This document shows positions 53,679-63,976 of a stretch of DNA of 64,000 nucleotides, one piece after another. This stretch comes from a virus. The translations under genes were made by a program, and so were the position numbers. The notes below the pieces were generated by a model, which saw nothing but the letters and a program-made list of their open reading frames with translations, searched no databases and was not told where the DNA came from. The DNA lies in the IMG/VR virus record IMGVR_UViG_3300021185_003284, positions 32,001 through 96,000 of that record. One strand, written 5' to 3'. How positions within the stretch are numbered: the stretch's first letter is position 1; every line of letters starts with the position of its first letter.

Positions 53679-54012
53679 GGAAATTTCAATTAAAAAAACT
53701 GTATACCAGAAAGATACCTTTGGTAAGGTGATCGATAGGTCTTTTAAGTCTTTTGTTCAACCAACAGCAGAAGACCAACAAGTTACTCTTGAACAATTCT
53801 TTAGCGATTACGACAGTCTTTTCTTAGAAATACCAGCAGAAGGAGATATACAATCACATACATATCTAATTAATAAAAGCTCAGAACTAGTAGATTTTGA
53901 AAAAGATACAACAGATATACAGCCTCTACTGGACGAAATTACACAGCTCAGAAATCAAATACTTGATTATCAAGAACAGTTAATTGAAGCTAATAAACCA
54001 GACATTGAATAG
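53671..54012 (+). CDS. Hypothetical structural protein
   Basis: Structural operon, C-terminal coiled coil. Confidence 0.7.
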   Translation: MAKEISIKKTVYQKDTFGKVIDRSFKSFVQPTAEDQQVTLEQFFSDYDSLFLEIPAEGDIQSHTYLINKSSELVDFEKDTTDIQPLLDEITQLRNQILDYQEQLIEANKPDIE

Positions 54013-57000
54013 TGGCAGAGTTTAAATACAACATAGAACAGTTAGAGCTAAGTAGTTTAGCACAGTCTTCAAAGATTACTTTGAAAGACGGCAAACTTAT
54101 TGGTACATTCGAGGTAGACAATGTATTTAATATCAATCAATCTAGAGTAGGAATAGGTGTATACTCTATTGATAATACGCTACTCGATTATATACCAAAT
54201 TATAAAGGGTACACATTTGGCCTTAACGCACAGATAGACGGAGATAGAGGAGCTTCTGTACTTACTATAGATCCTGAACAGGATATAAAAAAGTTAAAAT
54301 ACGATACAGGTGATGTAAGATTAGTATATAACTTCACTAATAATCTTTTTTCTGAAAACCAAGAAGGCGGAGAATTTTTTGTACAAGAAATTTCTAGTGA
54401 TAAAACAGAGTTAAAGTTATTAAGCTTATCGTTAGAAAGAGAACAGATATTAAATTACGTTAAAAGCTTAAAATCTAAGCTAAATGATAGTTCTTACTTT
54501 TCTCAATTTAGAGTTGACTTCGGTAACAACAGTAATAACGTAGGTATTAATGTAGATACGTTAGAAACTAATGAGGGCTTAGTAGTATTAGTAAAATTAT
54601 ATTCCCCCTTATTAGACACAGTTTCTATAAAGGATAGTTTAACCATACAGGAAATAGTTAGCGATAGCTTACTATACGAAATTACAGCTATCCCTTTTGT
54701 AGATACATTAGAAATACCATATATAAAAGGTCCTAACTTTTCTCTTGAGGAAGTAGATAAAGTAAATGAACCCACACAATTTTTAAACTATAACGAATTA
54801 TTTTCATATCCAGTTTCCGGTTCATATTATGAACTCTTCTCTCTCTTTAATAACGCTGGAGCAGAAATTGCTATTAATCATGAAGATTACGCTGACTTTA
54901 TACATTTCTCTTCTGCCGAAGAAAGATTGCGTAACTTCCAATATAAGCTTCAGCTACTAGAAAGCTATGAAACTTCGTTAAATACAATATCAGCATCAAA
55001 TGCCACTGGAAACGGAAATTCAATCCAAACTGAAGTCTCCGGCAGTAACACATACTACGAAGGTTTAATTAGAGGGTTAGTAGATAATTTTGACCATTAC
55101 GATAGATACCTTTATTATTCATCAGGATCAGAAGCATGGCCCAAGAGTACCTCAAAACGACCTTATGACAACTACTCTACAACCTCTTCAACAAGTATAA
55201 CTTGGTTTAATCAGCAACTAGTAACAGCATCAAACTTTGATGTAAGTAACTTTGATTTATTAGCTAACTCTATTCCTACCTTTATAAGAGAAGGAAAAGA
55301 AAACGAACCGTACTTGATGTTTATTCATATGATTGCTCAACATTTTGACAATTTATGGATATACTTTAAAGCAGTAGGGGATAAGTATGATGCTGATAAC
55401 AGACTTAATTTTGGAGTCAGTAAAGATATAGTTAGGGAGGTAGTAGAATCATTTGGTATAAACTTATATAATAGTAATCAAAACGCTGACAATTTATTCT
55501 CTATGTTTCTAGGTGCTACACCTGAAACTGGAAGTGAGAATATTAATACAATGTCTATAGCAACATCTGCATCCTTCAATAATGGATCAACAGATTTAGA
55601 ATACTTACAACCAGTCCCTAAGAGCGATTATGAAAAGGAAGTATATAAGCGAATATACCATAACTTACCCCACTTAGTAAAAACTAAAGGTACTGAAAGA
55701 GGGTTAAGAGCATTAATAAATTGCTTCGGTATACCGGAAAGTATATTAAGCATTAAGACATTTGGAGGTTCATTAATAGACGAACCAATGTTCGGAGCTA
55801 ATAATCCACATACCTCTAGTTTATATATTTCAAACAGTGTAAATTATAGAAGCGGCTCTACAAAGATAAGAACAGACAATACAGGGAGCTATACCTCAGG
55901 AAGTACTCTATCTCAGTTCGTATCTATAGAGCAGAGAAATAAAATATATACTGACGATACCCATAATGTAGAGGTTGGATTTGATATTTCTCATGGTACT
56001 AATGAACATATTATTCGTAAGATATCTAGTAGCTACGACATCGATTCTTATATTGGAGATCCAAGAAGAAGGTACGAAGAGGGTTACCCTGAATTAGATG
56101 CTCTAAGAGAAAAAGTAATCAATGACGGAATCGATTGGGACGACATTACTAACCGATGGGAATCAGGCTCTTGGGCTTGGGAAGATGAATTAGCATTTAC
56201 TAAGTCTCCTAAGTCTTTTGTTAGACTATTAAAGTTTTTTGACAGTTCTATCTTTAAGATTATTAAGGACTTCGTTCCTGCAAGAGGAAAGGTAGATACA
56301 GGTATAATAATCAAATCGAATAATTTAGGTAGAAGCAAAGCTAAACAAGTAGAGGTATCTTTTACAAATGAAATACATACAGCCTCAATACTAACCAACA
56401 CAGTTACTGGAAGCATTGGTGGAATATATGACTCTTCTGGGAGCTTCGACTACACTACTAATTACAACGCACATGTAATGACCCCTCTTGGCCCTGCCAG
56501 TAGAAACATTACTGATGAATCTCCAATGTTTAACGGAGAATTAAGTGGCTCGTTAATAGTAGCTACGGATGGAGAAGTAGGAAGTAAGAATCCATTTCTT
56601 GATTTAGCACAACCATTAATTGAGTTAGATATTACAGTATTTAACTTCTCACTACCGCCTCCACCGGCCTGTGTTATTGCTCTTACAGGAAGCTATATAG
56701 GTGAAGCTTATACTATAGGTGTAGTTGATGAAGCAGATTACGACGAAACAGTTGCTATAACCTATCCATTAGCAGTTGCTAATATTACAAGTTCTTATAA
56801 CTTTGCTCACGATTTCGACGTATATGAATTCTTTACTATTGAAGCAAACGCAACATATAGTGATACATACTATGACGGAACCTTCGGAGCATACGGTGCG
56901 AACTTTACAGGATGGTATGATAAGAATGATGGAACCGGTAATTTAATATCAACTAATAACCCACTTACTATTTATAGGTATACAGACGAACTGTACGGAA

Positions 57001-57035
57001 ACGAGTTTTATGCTAAATTTGAAAATCATATCTAA
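54012..57035 (+). CDS. Large baseplate/tail protein (contains P2 gpI/gp7-like 'K.KGT' segment)
   Basis: 'LVKTKGTERGLRALINCFG'; baseplate context. Confidence 0.6.
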   Translation: MAEFKYNIEQLELSSLAQSSKITLKDGKLIGTFEVDNVFNINQSRVGIGVYSIDNTLLDYIPNYKGYTFGLNAQIDGDRGASVLTIDPEQDIKKLKYDTGDVRLVYNFTNNLFSENQEGGEFFVQEISSDKTELKLLSLSLEREQILNYVKSLKSKLNDSSYFSQFRVDFGNNSNNVGINVDTLETNEGLVVLVKLYSPLLDTVSIKDSLTIQEIVSDSLLYEITAIPFVDTLEIPYIKGPNFSLEEVDKVNEPTQFLNYNELFSYPVSGSYYELFSLFNNAGAEIAINHEDYADFIHFSSAEERLRNFQYKLQLLESYETSLNTISASNATGNGNSIQTEVSGSNTYYEGLIRGLVDNFDHYDRYLYYSSGSEAWPKSTSKRPYDNYSTTSSTSITWFNQQLVTASNFDVSNFDLLANSIPTFIREGKENEPYLMFIHMIAQHFDNLWIYFKAVGDKYDADNRLNFGVSKDIVREVVESFGINLYNSNQNADNLFSMFLGATPETGSENINTMSIATSASFNNGSTDLEYLQPVPKSDYEKEVYKRIYHNLPHLVKTKGTERGLRALINCFGIPESILSIKTFGGSLIDEPMFGANNPHTSSLYISNSVNYRSGSTKIRTDNTGSYTSGSTLSQFVSIEQRNKIYTDDTHNVEVGFDISHGTNEHIIRKISSSYDIDSYIGDPRRRYEEGYPELDALREKVINDGIDWDDITNRWESGSWAWEDELAFTKSPKSFVRLLKFFDSSIFKIIKDFVPARGKVDTGIIIKSNNLGRSKAKQVEVSFTNEIHTASILTNTVTGSIGGIYDSSGSFDYTTNYNAHVMTPLGPASRNITDESPMFNGELSGSLIVATDGEVGSKNPFLDLAQPLIELDITVFNFSLPPPPACVIALTGSYIGEAYTIGVVDEADYDETVAITYPLAVANITSSYNFAHDFDVYEFFTIEANATYSDTYYDGTFGAYGANFTGWYDKNDGTGNLISTNNPLTIYRYTDELYGNEFYAKFENHI

Positions 57036-58009
57036 TGAATTTAGAAGAGTTTATTAATACAAATCCTAATTTTTATGGAAATGGAAATGCTAATTTATTT
57101 TATAGCTCTAGTATTTCCGGTTCAGACGATATACCTGTTGCTCCTTTTGTAATACAGGGACTTTCAATACCTAACACAGACCTAAATTCAAATAATTTAG
57201 TATCTCCTTTAAAAGAGGTAACAAAGTTTAAATTTGACTTTGGTGGATCAAGAATAGAAGCTACAATAACCGGTAGGCAGAAAAAAAATGACTATACATA
57301 CTTTTCTATTGAACCTATAACAGTTGGAACATTACCAGATGAAAACACAGTCGGATCCAGAATTGAAGACGATTCAGAATTTGTATTTAATCCTTACTTT
57401 GAGAGCGGCTACTTTAATAACGATTATAATCCACTACAGGGTAATTCAACTTTACTTTTAAGAAATTCATCTACTATGGTAGTAGATAGACAAGCATCTC
57501 AAATTACACCCGGTAACTTAGATGCACTAATAGCAGGAACTGCAGAAAGAGCAGAAATAGTAGACAGTTTTAATACAACAGCAGGATTAATCTCAGGTAG
57601 ACACGTAGGAAGCAAAACAACATCCGGAGGAGCAAAAGTAGACATATCAGCAGTATCTTCTTCGAAAGAGAGTTTTACAAGAGCAGTCATTGCAAATCAA
57701 GGTAAGAATATTGAACCAGCAGTAGTTTTTAAATCTTTTGAAGGAAGTGAACACCCTCAAGATGCAATTACTTCTACTATTAAAGGTTTAGCTGAAAGAG
57801 AAAAGATCAATATATTTTTTAAAGAATTTAGAGCAACTATTTCAGGTATACTACAGTACCCAAACTTCCCTGCTGTAGGAAGCACGGTATTTTTAAATAA
57901 AGAAGATTCAAAAGAATTAAGAAAAGCAGCAACAGCAAAAGTATATTCAATTCAAACTGACCAGGTATTTATTACAAATGAATCCGGATTGGTTACATCA
58001 ATTGAGTAA
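57035..58009 (+). CDS. Hypothetical structural protein
   Basis: Coupled ORF in structural operon. Confidence 0.65.
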   Translation: MNLEEFINTNPNFYGNGNANLFYSSSISGSDDIPVAPFVIQGLSIPNTDLNSNNLVSPLKEVTKFKFDFGGSRIEATITGRQKKNDYTYFSIEPITVGTLPDENTVGSRIEDDSEFVFNPYFESGYFNNDYNPLQGNSTLLLRNSSTMVVDRQASQITPGNLDALIAGTAERAEIVDSFNTTAGLISGRHVGSKTTSGGAKVDISAVSSSKESFTRAVIANQGKNIEPAVVFKSFEGSEHPQDAITSTIKGLAEREKINIFFKEFRATISGILQYPNFPAVGSTVFLNKEDSKELRKAATAKVYSIQTDQVFITNESGLVTSIE

Positions 58010-58053
58010 TAAACTATAATTAACATATATTTATATAAAACACAAATAATAAA

Positions 58054-58710
58054 ATGGGATACTTAGACAATTCGATCGTCACGGTGGATGCGATCCTTAC
58101 AAAAAAAGGTAGAGAACTGTTAGCTAGAGGGGACGGTTCTTTCAAAATCACTCAATTTGCATTAGCGGACGACGAGATAGATTACACCTTATACAATCCA
58201 TCACATCCCTCAGGTTCTGCACTCTACGGAGAAGCTATCGAAAACATGCCGTTATTAGAAGCATTTCCTGATGAGACACAAATTATGAAGTATAAGCTTA
58301 CTACACTACCAAGAGGTACATCAAAACTTCCGGTATTAGATTTAGGTGTTACTTCAATTACTTTAAGACAAGGAGCTTCAATAGCAATTACCCCTCAAAC
58401 GTTAAACTATTTAGGAGCTACTTCTATTTTCGAAACACAAGGATACACAGCAACTATAGCTGATGTAAGAACGCTTAACACCTTTACAGCAGTTGGTATT
58501 AACACAGAAGACGCAACTAGGCTAAATGAATCAGTAACAATTGGTACGAATGTATCTAAGACAGTACTTGGTACATCTATTAACTTAGTAGCAACATCAG
58601 TTAATACTTTATTTGGATCAAATACTCAACTGCAGACAACTATCACCATTATAGGTAGAGGTTCCGGAGCAAGATTAACGATTCCAGTAAACATCACTAA
58701 AACTAACTAA
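58054..58710 (+). CDS. Virion structural protein (tail-collar-like N-terminus)
   Basis: DAILTKKGRELLA...ITQFALAD. Confidence 0.6.
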   Translation: MGYLDNSIVTVDAILTKKGRELLARGDGSFKITQFALADDEIDYTLYNPSHPSGSALYGEAIENMPLLEAFPDETQIMKYKLTTLPRGTSKLPVLDLGVTSITLRQGASIAITPQTLNYLGATSIFETQGYTATIADVRTLNTFTAVGINTEDATRLNESVTIGTNVSKTVLGTSINLVATSVNTLFGSNTQLQTTITIIGRGSGARLTIPVNITKTN

Positions 58711-58712
58711 TT

Positions 58713-59738
58713 ATGTCATATAAAAGATTTGATGCAGAAGATTTAGTAGTTAGTGCAGAGTCAGTAACTACTCCAGTATGGTCAGGTAATACTACAACTT
58801 TAAGTACATTTTTTACTTCGTCTACCCAGGTAGGTGGTACTTCGGCTGATTATTACTACGATATATACCAAACATCCTCTACAGATACTTCTGGTAGAGT
58901 TCAATTTAGTGTTGCATATGGAGATAAACACGGAAGTGGTTCTCTATATTACAATACATCTGTAGTAGGAAAGTCACCTTCTTCTACAATATACGGTCAG
59001 TACAGAAACCTAGTATTAGGTGATGAAGAATCTGACTTTACTTTCGGTACAGACACTTCTGAACATTTTTACGTTATAGCTATTGATAGAGCGAGATATA
59101 AAGAAAAGCTTCTACCAGGTAGTTTCACATTAGAAATGAAACAATCAGGATCAGGAGAACATTTATCATTAACTGATAATAGTAAAATTATAACAACCAC
59201 TACATTTACAGATGCAGGTAGAGTTTATGACCTTGTAACAGGATCATTAGGTTCTCTTTCACCTGGTAAGAAAAACGATAGTGGTTATACAGACGGATCA
59301 GGTTCATACGGAAAACTTCTTCCAGATATTGGAATAATTTTATTAAACGGAAAAGCATTAGATGCTTCTGTTACAGCTGGAGGATTAAATTTAGGTATTA
59401 ACAGATCAGCTAATACTGCATCTCTTAATAATAGAAAGCTGTATGACGTTCTGGACTTTAGCGGAAGCTTTAGAATTCAATCTGAAGAGACTATTACTTC
59501 TAACTTTGTATTCGTTAGAGCTAGAAATAGTGAATTTAATTACTCTACTAACCCGTCCCTTATAACAGGTTCAGGAGAATTGAGACATAACGTAATGATT
59601 AACACACCCCAAGCATTTGTTACATCTGTTGGGCTGTATAACGATAATAATGATTTGTTAGCAGTAGCTAAACTTTCTAGACCTTTAATGAAGGACTTTA
59701 CAAAGGAAAGCTTAGTGCGAATCAAATTGGATTACTAG
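58713..59738 (+). CDS. Virion structural protein (tail-collar-like C-terminus)
   Basis: EFNYSTNP...VTSVGLYNDNNDLLAVAKLSRP..K. Confidence 0.6.
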   Translation: MSYKRFDAEDLVVSAESVTTPVWSGNTTTLSTFFTSSTQVGGTSADYYYDIYQTSSTDTSGRVQFSVAYGDKHGSGSLYYNTSVVGKSPSSTIYGQYRNLVLGDEESDFTFGTDTSEHFYVIAIDRARYKEKLLPGSFTLEMKQSGSGEHLSLTDNSKIITTTTFTDAGRVYDLVTGSLGSLSPGKKNDSGYTDGSGSYGKLLPDIGIILLNGKALDASVTAGGLNLGINRSANTASLNNRKLYDVLDFSGSFRIQSEETITSNFVFVRARNSEFNYSTNPSLITGSGELRHNVMINTPQAFVTSVGLYNDNNDLLAVAKLSRPLMKDFTKESLVRIKLDY

Positions 59739-59746
59739 ATAGATGA

Positions 59747-60796
59747 ATGAGTGCATTCAAGAAACTAAACCGTCAAGATGTATATGTCACGGACTATACT
59801 GCTAAAAAACAGTGGTATGCTTCCGGGAGTACTCTTAATGATTATGGTCTAGAGGTTTTAAGAGGGTTTTCAGGTTCTACACCCGGTTACCCATACCCCC
59901 TAGATTATAGAAATAATAGATACCAGAAGTTAACCTTCGATAGTGTCTACCATAATTATTACAGCGGTAGCAATACTCTTGGAGTATTTTCAGGGTCTTA
60001 CGATCTTTCACTTCAGACTACTTTAACTCTAACAGGTTCAAGAAGCAGCAGTAAAGAAGTAGGGGTAATATCTATTCCTAGAAGTGCATACGGTACTCAT
60101 ATAGAACCGGGCTCATTTGTTTTGAAAGCATTTTATGAAGACGGTAGAGGTGCAGCAACAAATGATGATAGGTATTGGATAGGAGATGGAGATTATGCAA
60201 GAGCAGATAATTTTGCAGATCAATATGTTGAGGATTTAGAACATTGGTACGGGACTATTCCTATCGACTTAGACGACTATATTAGTGATGAAGGAGATTA
60301 TGTAATAGAAACAGGTAGTGAGTACTTAGTAAGAGATGAGAGTATTCTTTTTGAAAGACATGAAGTAGTAGACGATAAAGAAGGAAGATTAGTATTATCA
60401 GGATCAACTCTTTCTTACACTAAAAACCAAAGGGTAGTAGGAGATATAATTTATAACCAAGGACAGGTTATAATAACAGATGACATAGCAGCAAGATATT
60501 ATTCAACTTATGCTCGACCTATTGTGCACTGGAAATCAAACCTACCTATTTATACATATAATGTTCACTGTACCGTTAAGGAGTCTGAGTTGAATTACTC
60601 TTTTAATCCTTCATCGTTAACAGGATCAGAAAATACAGTAAGAGATAATATCACAGGTAGTGAATTTAGACCTTACATAACAACCGTAGGGCTGTACAAT
60701 GAAGCAGATGAGTTAATAGCAGTTGCTAAAACTAACAGACCTATACCAAAATCGGAAAATGTTGATATGACATTTGTCGTAAAAATAGATATATAA
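59747..60796 (+). CDS. Virion structural protein, paralogue of 58713
   Basis: ELNYSFNP...ITTVGLYNEADELIAVAKTNRP..K. Confidence 0.6.
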   Translation: MSAFKKLNRQDVYVTDYTAKKQWYASGSTLNDYGLEVLRGFSGSTPGYPYPLDYRNNRYQKLTFDSVYHNYYSGSNTLGVFSGSYDLSLQTTLTLTGSRSSSKEVGVISIPRSAYGTHIEPGSFVLKAFYEDGRGAATNDDRYWIGDGDYARADNFADQYVEDLEHWYGTIPIDLDDYISDEGDYVIETGSEYLVRDESILFERHEVVDDKEGRLVLSGSTLSYTKNQRVVGDIIYNQGQVIITDDIAARYYSTYARPIVHWKSNLPIYTYNVHCTVKESELNYSFNPSSLTGSENTVRDNITGSEFRPYITTVGLYNEADELIAVAKTNRPIPKSENVDMTFVVKIDI

Positions 60797-61455
60797 TGGC
60801 AATAAACTTTAGAGCAGAGAAAGGACAAGCACTTACGTATTCAGAGTTAGACGTTAACTTTGGTTCGTACTTTAGATCAGCGTCAACAAACGGTCAAACG
60901 CTTACTTTATACTACCCTAGTAGTTCTCAAGTACCTGTTAATAGCGGATCAGTAGAAATTGCCCTAATAAAAGGATTACAGAACGCAGGTGTAAATAAAA
61001 GACTAACAGTATATTCTGGTTCTTCAGCTGTATCATCAAGCCAAGGATTAATTTTAGACGACAATCATAACTTAGGAATAGGAGTAGATGAAAGTTCTGA
61101 CTTACCTTTATCTTACAAGTTAATGGTTTCAGGATCAATTAAAGCTTCAGGTACTGTAATACAGGGATCAGACATTAGATTAAAAGAAGATATACAGCCT
61201 ATAGATAATGCCCTTAGTAGAATAGATAATATAGACGGAGTATACTTTACATATAAGGATACTAAAGAAAAGAGCATAGGTGTAATAGCACAAGATATTC
61301 AAAAAATTCTTCCAGAAGTTGTTTCTGAAGATAATAAAGGCTATCTTGGTGTTAATTATAGTGGTATAGTTCCTGTTTTAATAGAAGCAGTTCGAGAACA
61401 AAATAGTATAATTAAAGATCTTGAGGATAGAATCTCTGATTTAGAAAACAAATAA
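60796..61455 (+). CDS. Short tail fibre/spike with S74 intramolecular chaperone domain
   Basis: SDIRLKEDI, GVIAQD...PEVV, VNYSG...LIEAVRE. Confidence 0.85.
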   Translation: MAINFRAEKGQALTYSELDVNFGSYFRSASTNGQTLTLYYPSSSQVPVNSGSVEIALIKGLQNAGVNKRLTVYSGSSAVSSSQGLILDDNHNLGIGVDESSDLPLSYKLMVSGSIKASGTVIQGSDIRLKEDIQPIDNALSRIDNIDGVYFTYKDTKEKSIGVIAQDIQKILPEVVSEDNKGYLGVNYSGIVPVLIEAVREQNSIIKDLEDRISDLENK

Positions 61456-61456
61456 G

Positions 61457-63169
61457 ATGCCAGATAGTAAAATTACATTAAGGTCGGTAACAGGAAGTGC
61501 TTTAACGCATGCACAGATGGATCAGAACTTTATGGAACTGTTCTATACTGCATCAAAAGTAAATTCCCGATTAAGATTATTCAGATCACAATCCGACGAG
61601 CCGTATGTTGAAATAGAATTACCAACTCCTAAAGCTAAGCAATATGCAATACAGCTTAAACAAGGTACAGGTAGTTTAGCACAAGAAATAGACTTTACAG
61701 GGTCGAATCAATTCATGTTTGATTACGATAACGATGTATTTACTATTACAGGTTCAACCTACCACCAAGGAGATATGGTTGTTGACGGTAGAATGACTGC
61801 TAAGGTATTTCAATCTCAAACTATTATATCATCTACATCTACAGGTTCAACCTCATTTGGTGACACTTCAGATGACTTTCATATAAGAACAGGTTCACAT
61901 AGAGTATTAGGAGATTCTGATATCAACGGAGTATTAAGCATAACAGGTTGGTCAGATGTATCTTCATCATTAGGGCACCTATATAATTTTAGCTCTTCAC
62001 TAGACAACTATTATGCCACCGATGCAGACTTAGAAGCATCTAGATCACTAGATAGCGGATCAGCACACAACGACAGAGTAGCAAGACATGCTCTTTTATC
62101 TAGCTCAGCTCATAGTCAAAGAAGCACACTCTACCAGTATAATTCTTCCTCTATAATTGAACTATCAGGATCCTCACATGTACAGAGAGTGCATATGCTT
62201 AACTCTATGTCATACCATGACAGTATAGTTTCACAATCAGCATCAGGTTCTCTAGCACAAATAAGTGCATCATCACATGCTCAAAGAGTAGCAATTAGCT
62301 CCTCTGCGCACACTGCATACCTTAAAAATACTACAGACACCTTTACAGGCACTCTAACTGTTGCAGGTGATATTGACTCTAATGATATAACAATAGATAC
62401 ATGGGGATCAGTTTCTGCTTCACTAGCATCAATTTCATCATCAGCAAGTGGGAGTCAACTTAATATAGCTAATAATGCTAACAATAGATTAGTAACTGCT
62501 CAAGGAACAGATTACTTAAATGCTGAATCAAATTTAACTTTTGACGGAACTCACTTAACTATTGGTGATACAGCAATAACTAATTACTCCCATACTACTC
62601 ACGCTACTTTAGCATCTCTTATAGGTGGAACAAATTCAGGTTCCTTATTTGAAGCTTATACAGGTGGACACTTAGTAATGGGTATTAGAGATAACTCAAC
62701 TGACGGACATGATAGTTTCGCAGTTGTATCTGGAGATGGCGGGTATTATTCCGGTAACCAGTATACTAAACTTGCCTTTAGAGTTTCCGGTTCAGGAGAC
62801 ACAACAGTAGGAGGAACTCTTACTACAGAAGGAAGTTTAGCAGTAACAGGAGACATTACCGCAACAGGGGATGTTACAGCATACCATTCTTCAGATGAAA
62901 GATTAAAAGATAATATTAAACTAATTCCATCGGCAATCGATAAACTATCTAAAATAGGAGGTTACTCTTTTGACTGGAATGATAACTCGAACAATACAGG
63001 CCATGACATTGGAGTAATTGCTCAAGAAATAGAACAAGTACTTCCTGAAATTGTCATTGAAAGAGACAATGGATACAAGGCAGTACGTTATGAAAAAATT
63101 GTCCCGTTATTAATTGAAGCTATTAAAGAGCAGCAGTTACAGATAGAGGAGCTAAAAAGCAAACTCTAG
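61457..63169 (+). CDS. Tail fibre with S74 intramolecular chaperone domain
   Basis: SSDERLKDNI, GVIAQEIEQVLPE, VRYEK..PLLIEAIKE. Confidence 0.88.
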   Translation: MPDSKITLRSVTGSALTHAQMDQNFMELFYTASKVNSRLRLFRSQSDEPYVEIELPTPKAKQYAIQLKQGTGSLAQEIDFTGSNQFMFDYDNDVFTITGSTYHQGDMVVDGRMTAKVFQSQTIISSTSTGSTSFGDTSDDFHIRTGSHRVLGDSDINGVLSITGWSDVSSSLGHLYNFSSSLDNYYATDADLEASRSLDSGSAHNDRVARHALLSSSAHSQRSTLYQYNSSSIIELSGSSHVQRVHMLNSMSYHDSIVSQSASGSLAQISASSHAQRVAISSSAHTAYLKNTTDTFTGTLTVAGDIDSNDITIDTWGSVSASLASISSSASGSQLNIANNANNRLVTAQGTDYLNAESNLTFDGTHLTIGDTAITNYSHTTHATLASLIGGTNSGSLFEAYTGGHLVMGIRDNSTDGHDSFAVVSGDGGYYSGNQYTKLAFRVSGSGDTTVGGTLTTEGSLAVTGDITATGDVTAYHSSDERLKDNIKLIPSAIDKLSKIGGYSFDWNDNSNNTGHDIGVIAQEIEQVLPEIVIERDNGYKAVRYEKIVPLLIEAIKEQQLQIEELKSKL

Positions 63170-63182
63170 GGACTAACCTAAT

Positions 63183-63674
63183 ATGGAAAAAATGCCAACA
63201 CAACCTACTTGGACTCACCAAGGGAGGTTAATCACTGATATTTCAGATATGCCAGAAGGAACCTATGGGTTTATCTATGAGGTAGTTTATAAACCTGAGG
63301 ATATTCGTTACATAGGTAAAAAAGTACTTTACTTTGAACGTAACAAACGTTTAGGAAAAAGAGCTTTAGAGGAGTTGAGATTAGAAAGAAAGGCTAAAGG
63401 AATAGGTGGTCGTACCCCCCTTAAACAAAAAGTAATAACAGAATCTGATTGGAGAGACTATTTTGGTTCCCAAAAAGAGATAGTAGCATTAGCAAAAAAA
63501 GATAAGACTCAGGATAATTGGGAGAAGAGAATACTTGAGTATGTTCCTAATAAAAAGCTATTAACCTATTATGAGACAAAGCACCTATTTATTAATAACG
63601 TATTAGAGGACGATTACAGTTCTCATATAAATGATAATATACTAGGTAAGTTTTACAGAAAAGACTTTAAATAA
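63183..63674 (+). CDS. GIY-YIG-like protein
   Basis: YGFIY....RYIGKK, ESDW..Y.GS, N.NI.G. Confidence 0.7.
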   Translation: MEKMPTQPTWTHQGRLITDISDMPEGTYGFIYEVVYKPEDIRYIGKKVLYFERNKRLGKRALEELRLERKAKGIGGRTPLKQKVITESDWRDYFGSQKEIVALAKKDKTQDNWEKRILEYVPNKKLLTYYETKHLFINNVLEDDYSSHINDNILGKFYRKDFK

Positions 63675-63976
63675 TGAAACTGATAGAAATTTTAACAGAA
63701 GAGAATAGATATAACGCCGACGGTTACGACGAAGGTGATATCAAGCTCATGGGAGATATGATTCTTCCTACTGATAAAATGGTAGTATTGCAAGCAGAAG
63801 AAGATACGTATAACAGAGGACTATTAGTAACTAGTAATAAAGATAAAAGTTACGATGTAGCCTATTGGGCAGACGACAAAACTAAACCTTATCCTATAGG
63901 AATAGAAATAGACGGTAAGGAAGTATCAAAAGATGCTAAAATTATTAAGTTTATGTTTCACCCAGAAATGAAATAA
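63674..63976 (+). CDS. Hypothetical protein
   Basis: Coupled ORF. Confidence 0.65.
   Translation: MKLIEILTEENRYNADGYDEGDIKLMGDMILPTDKMVVLQAEEDTYNRGLLVTSNKDKSYDVAYWADDKTKPYPIGIEIDGKEVSKDAKIIKFMFHPEMK

Noticed and set aside
48007-61138. Minus-strand ORFs within the structural operon (e.g. 51262..51918, 48879..49259)
   Set aside because: Antisense shadows of long plus-strand genes with no promoter or motif support
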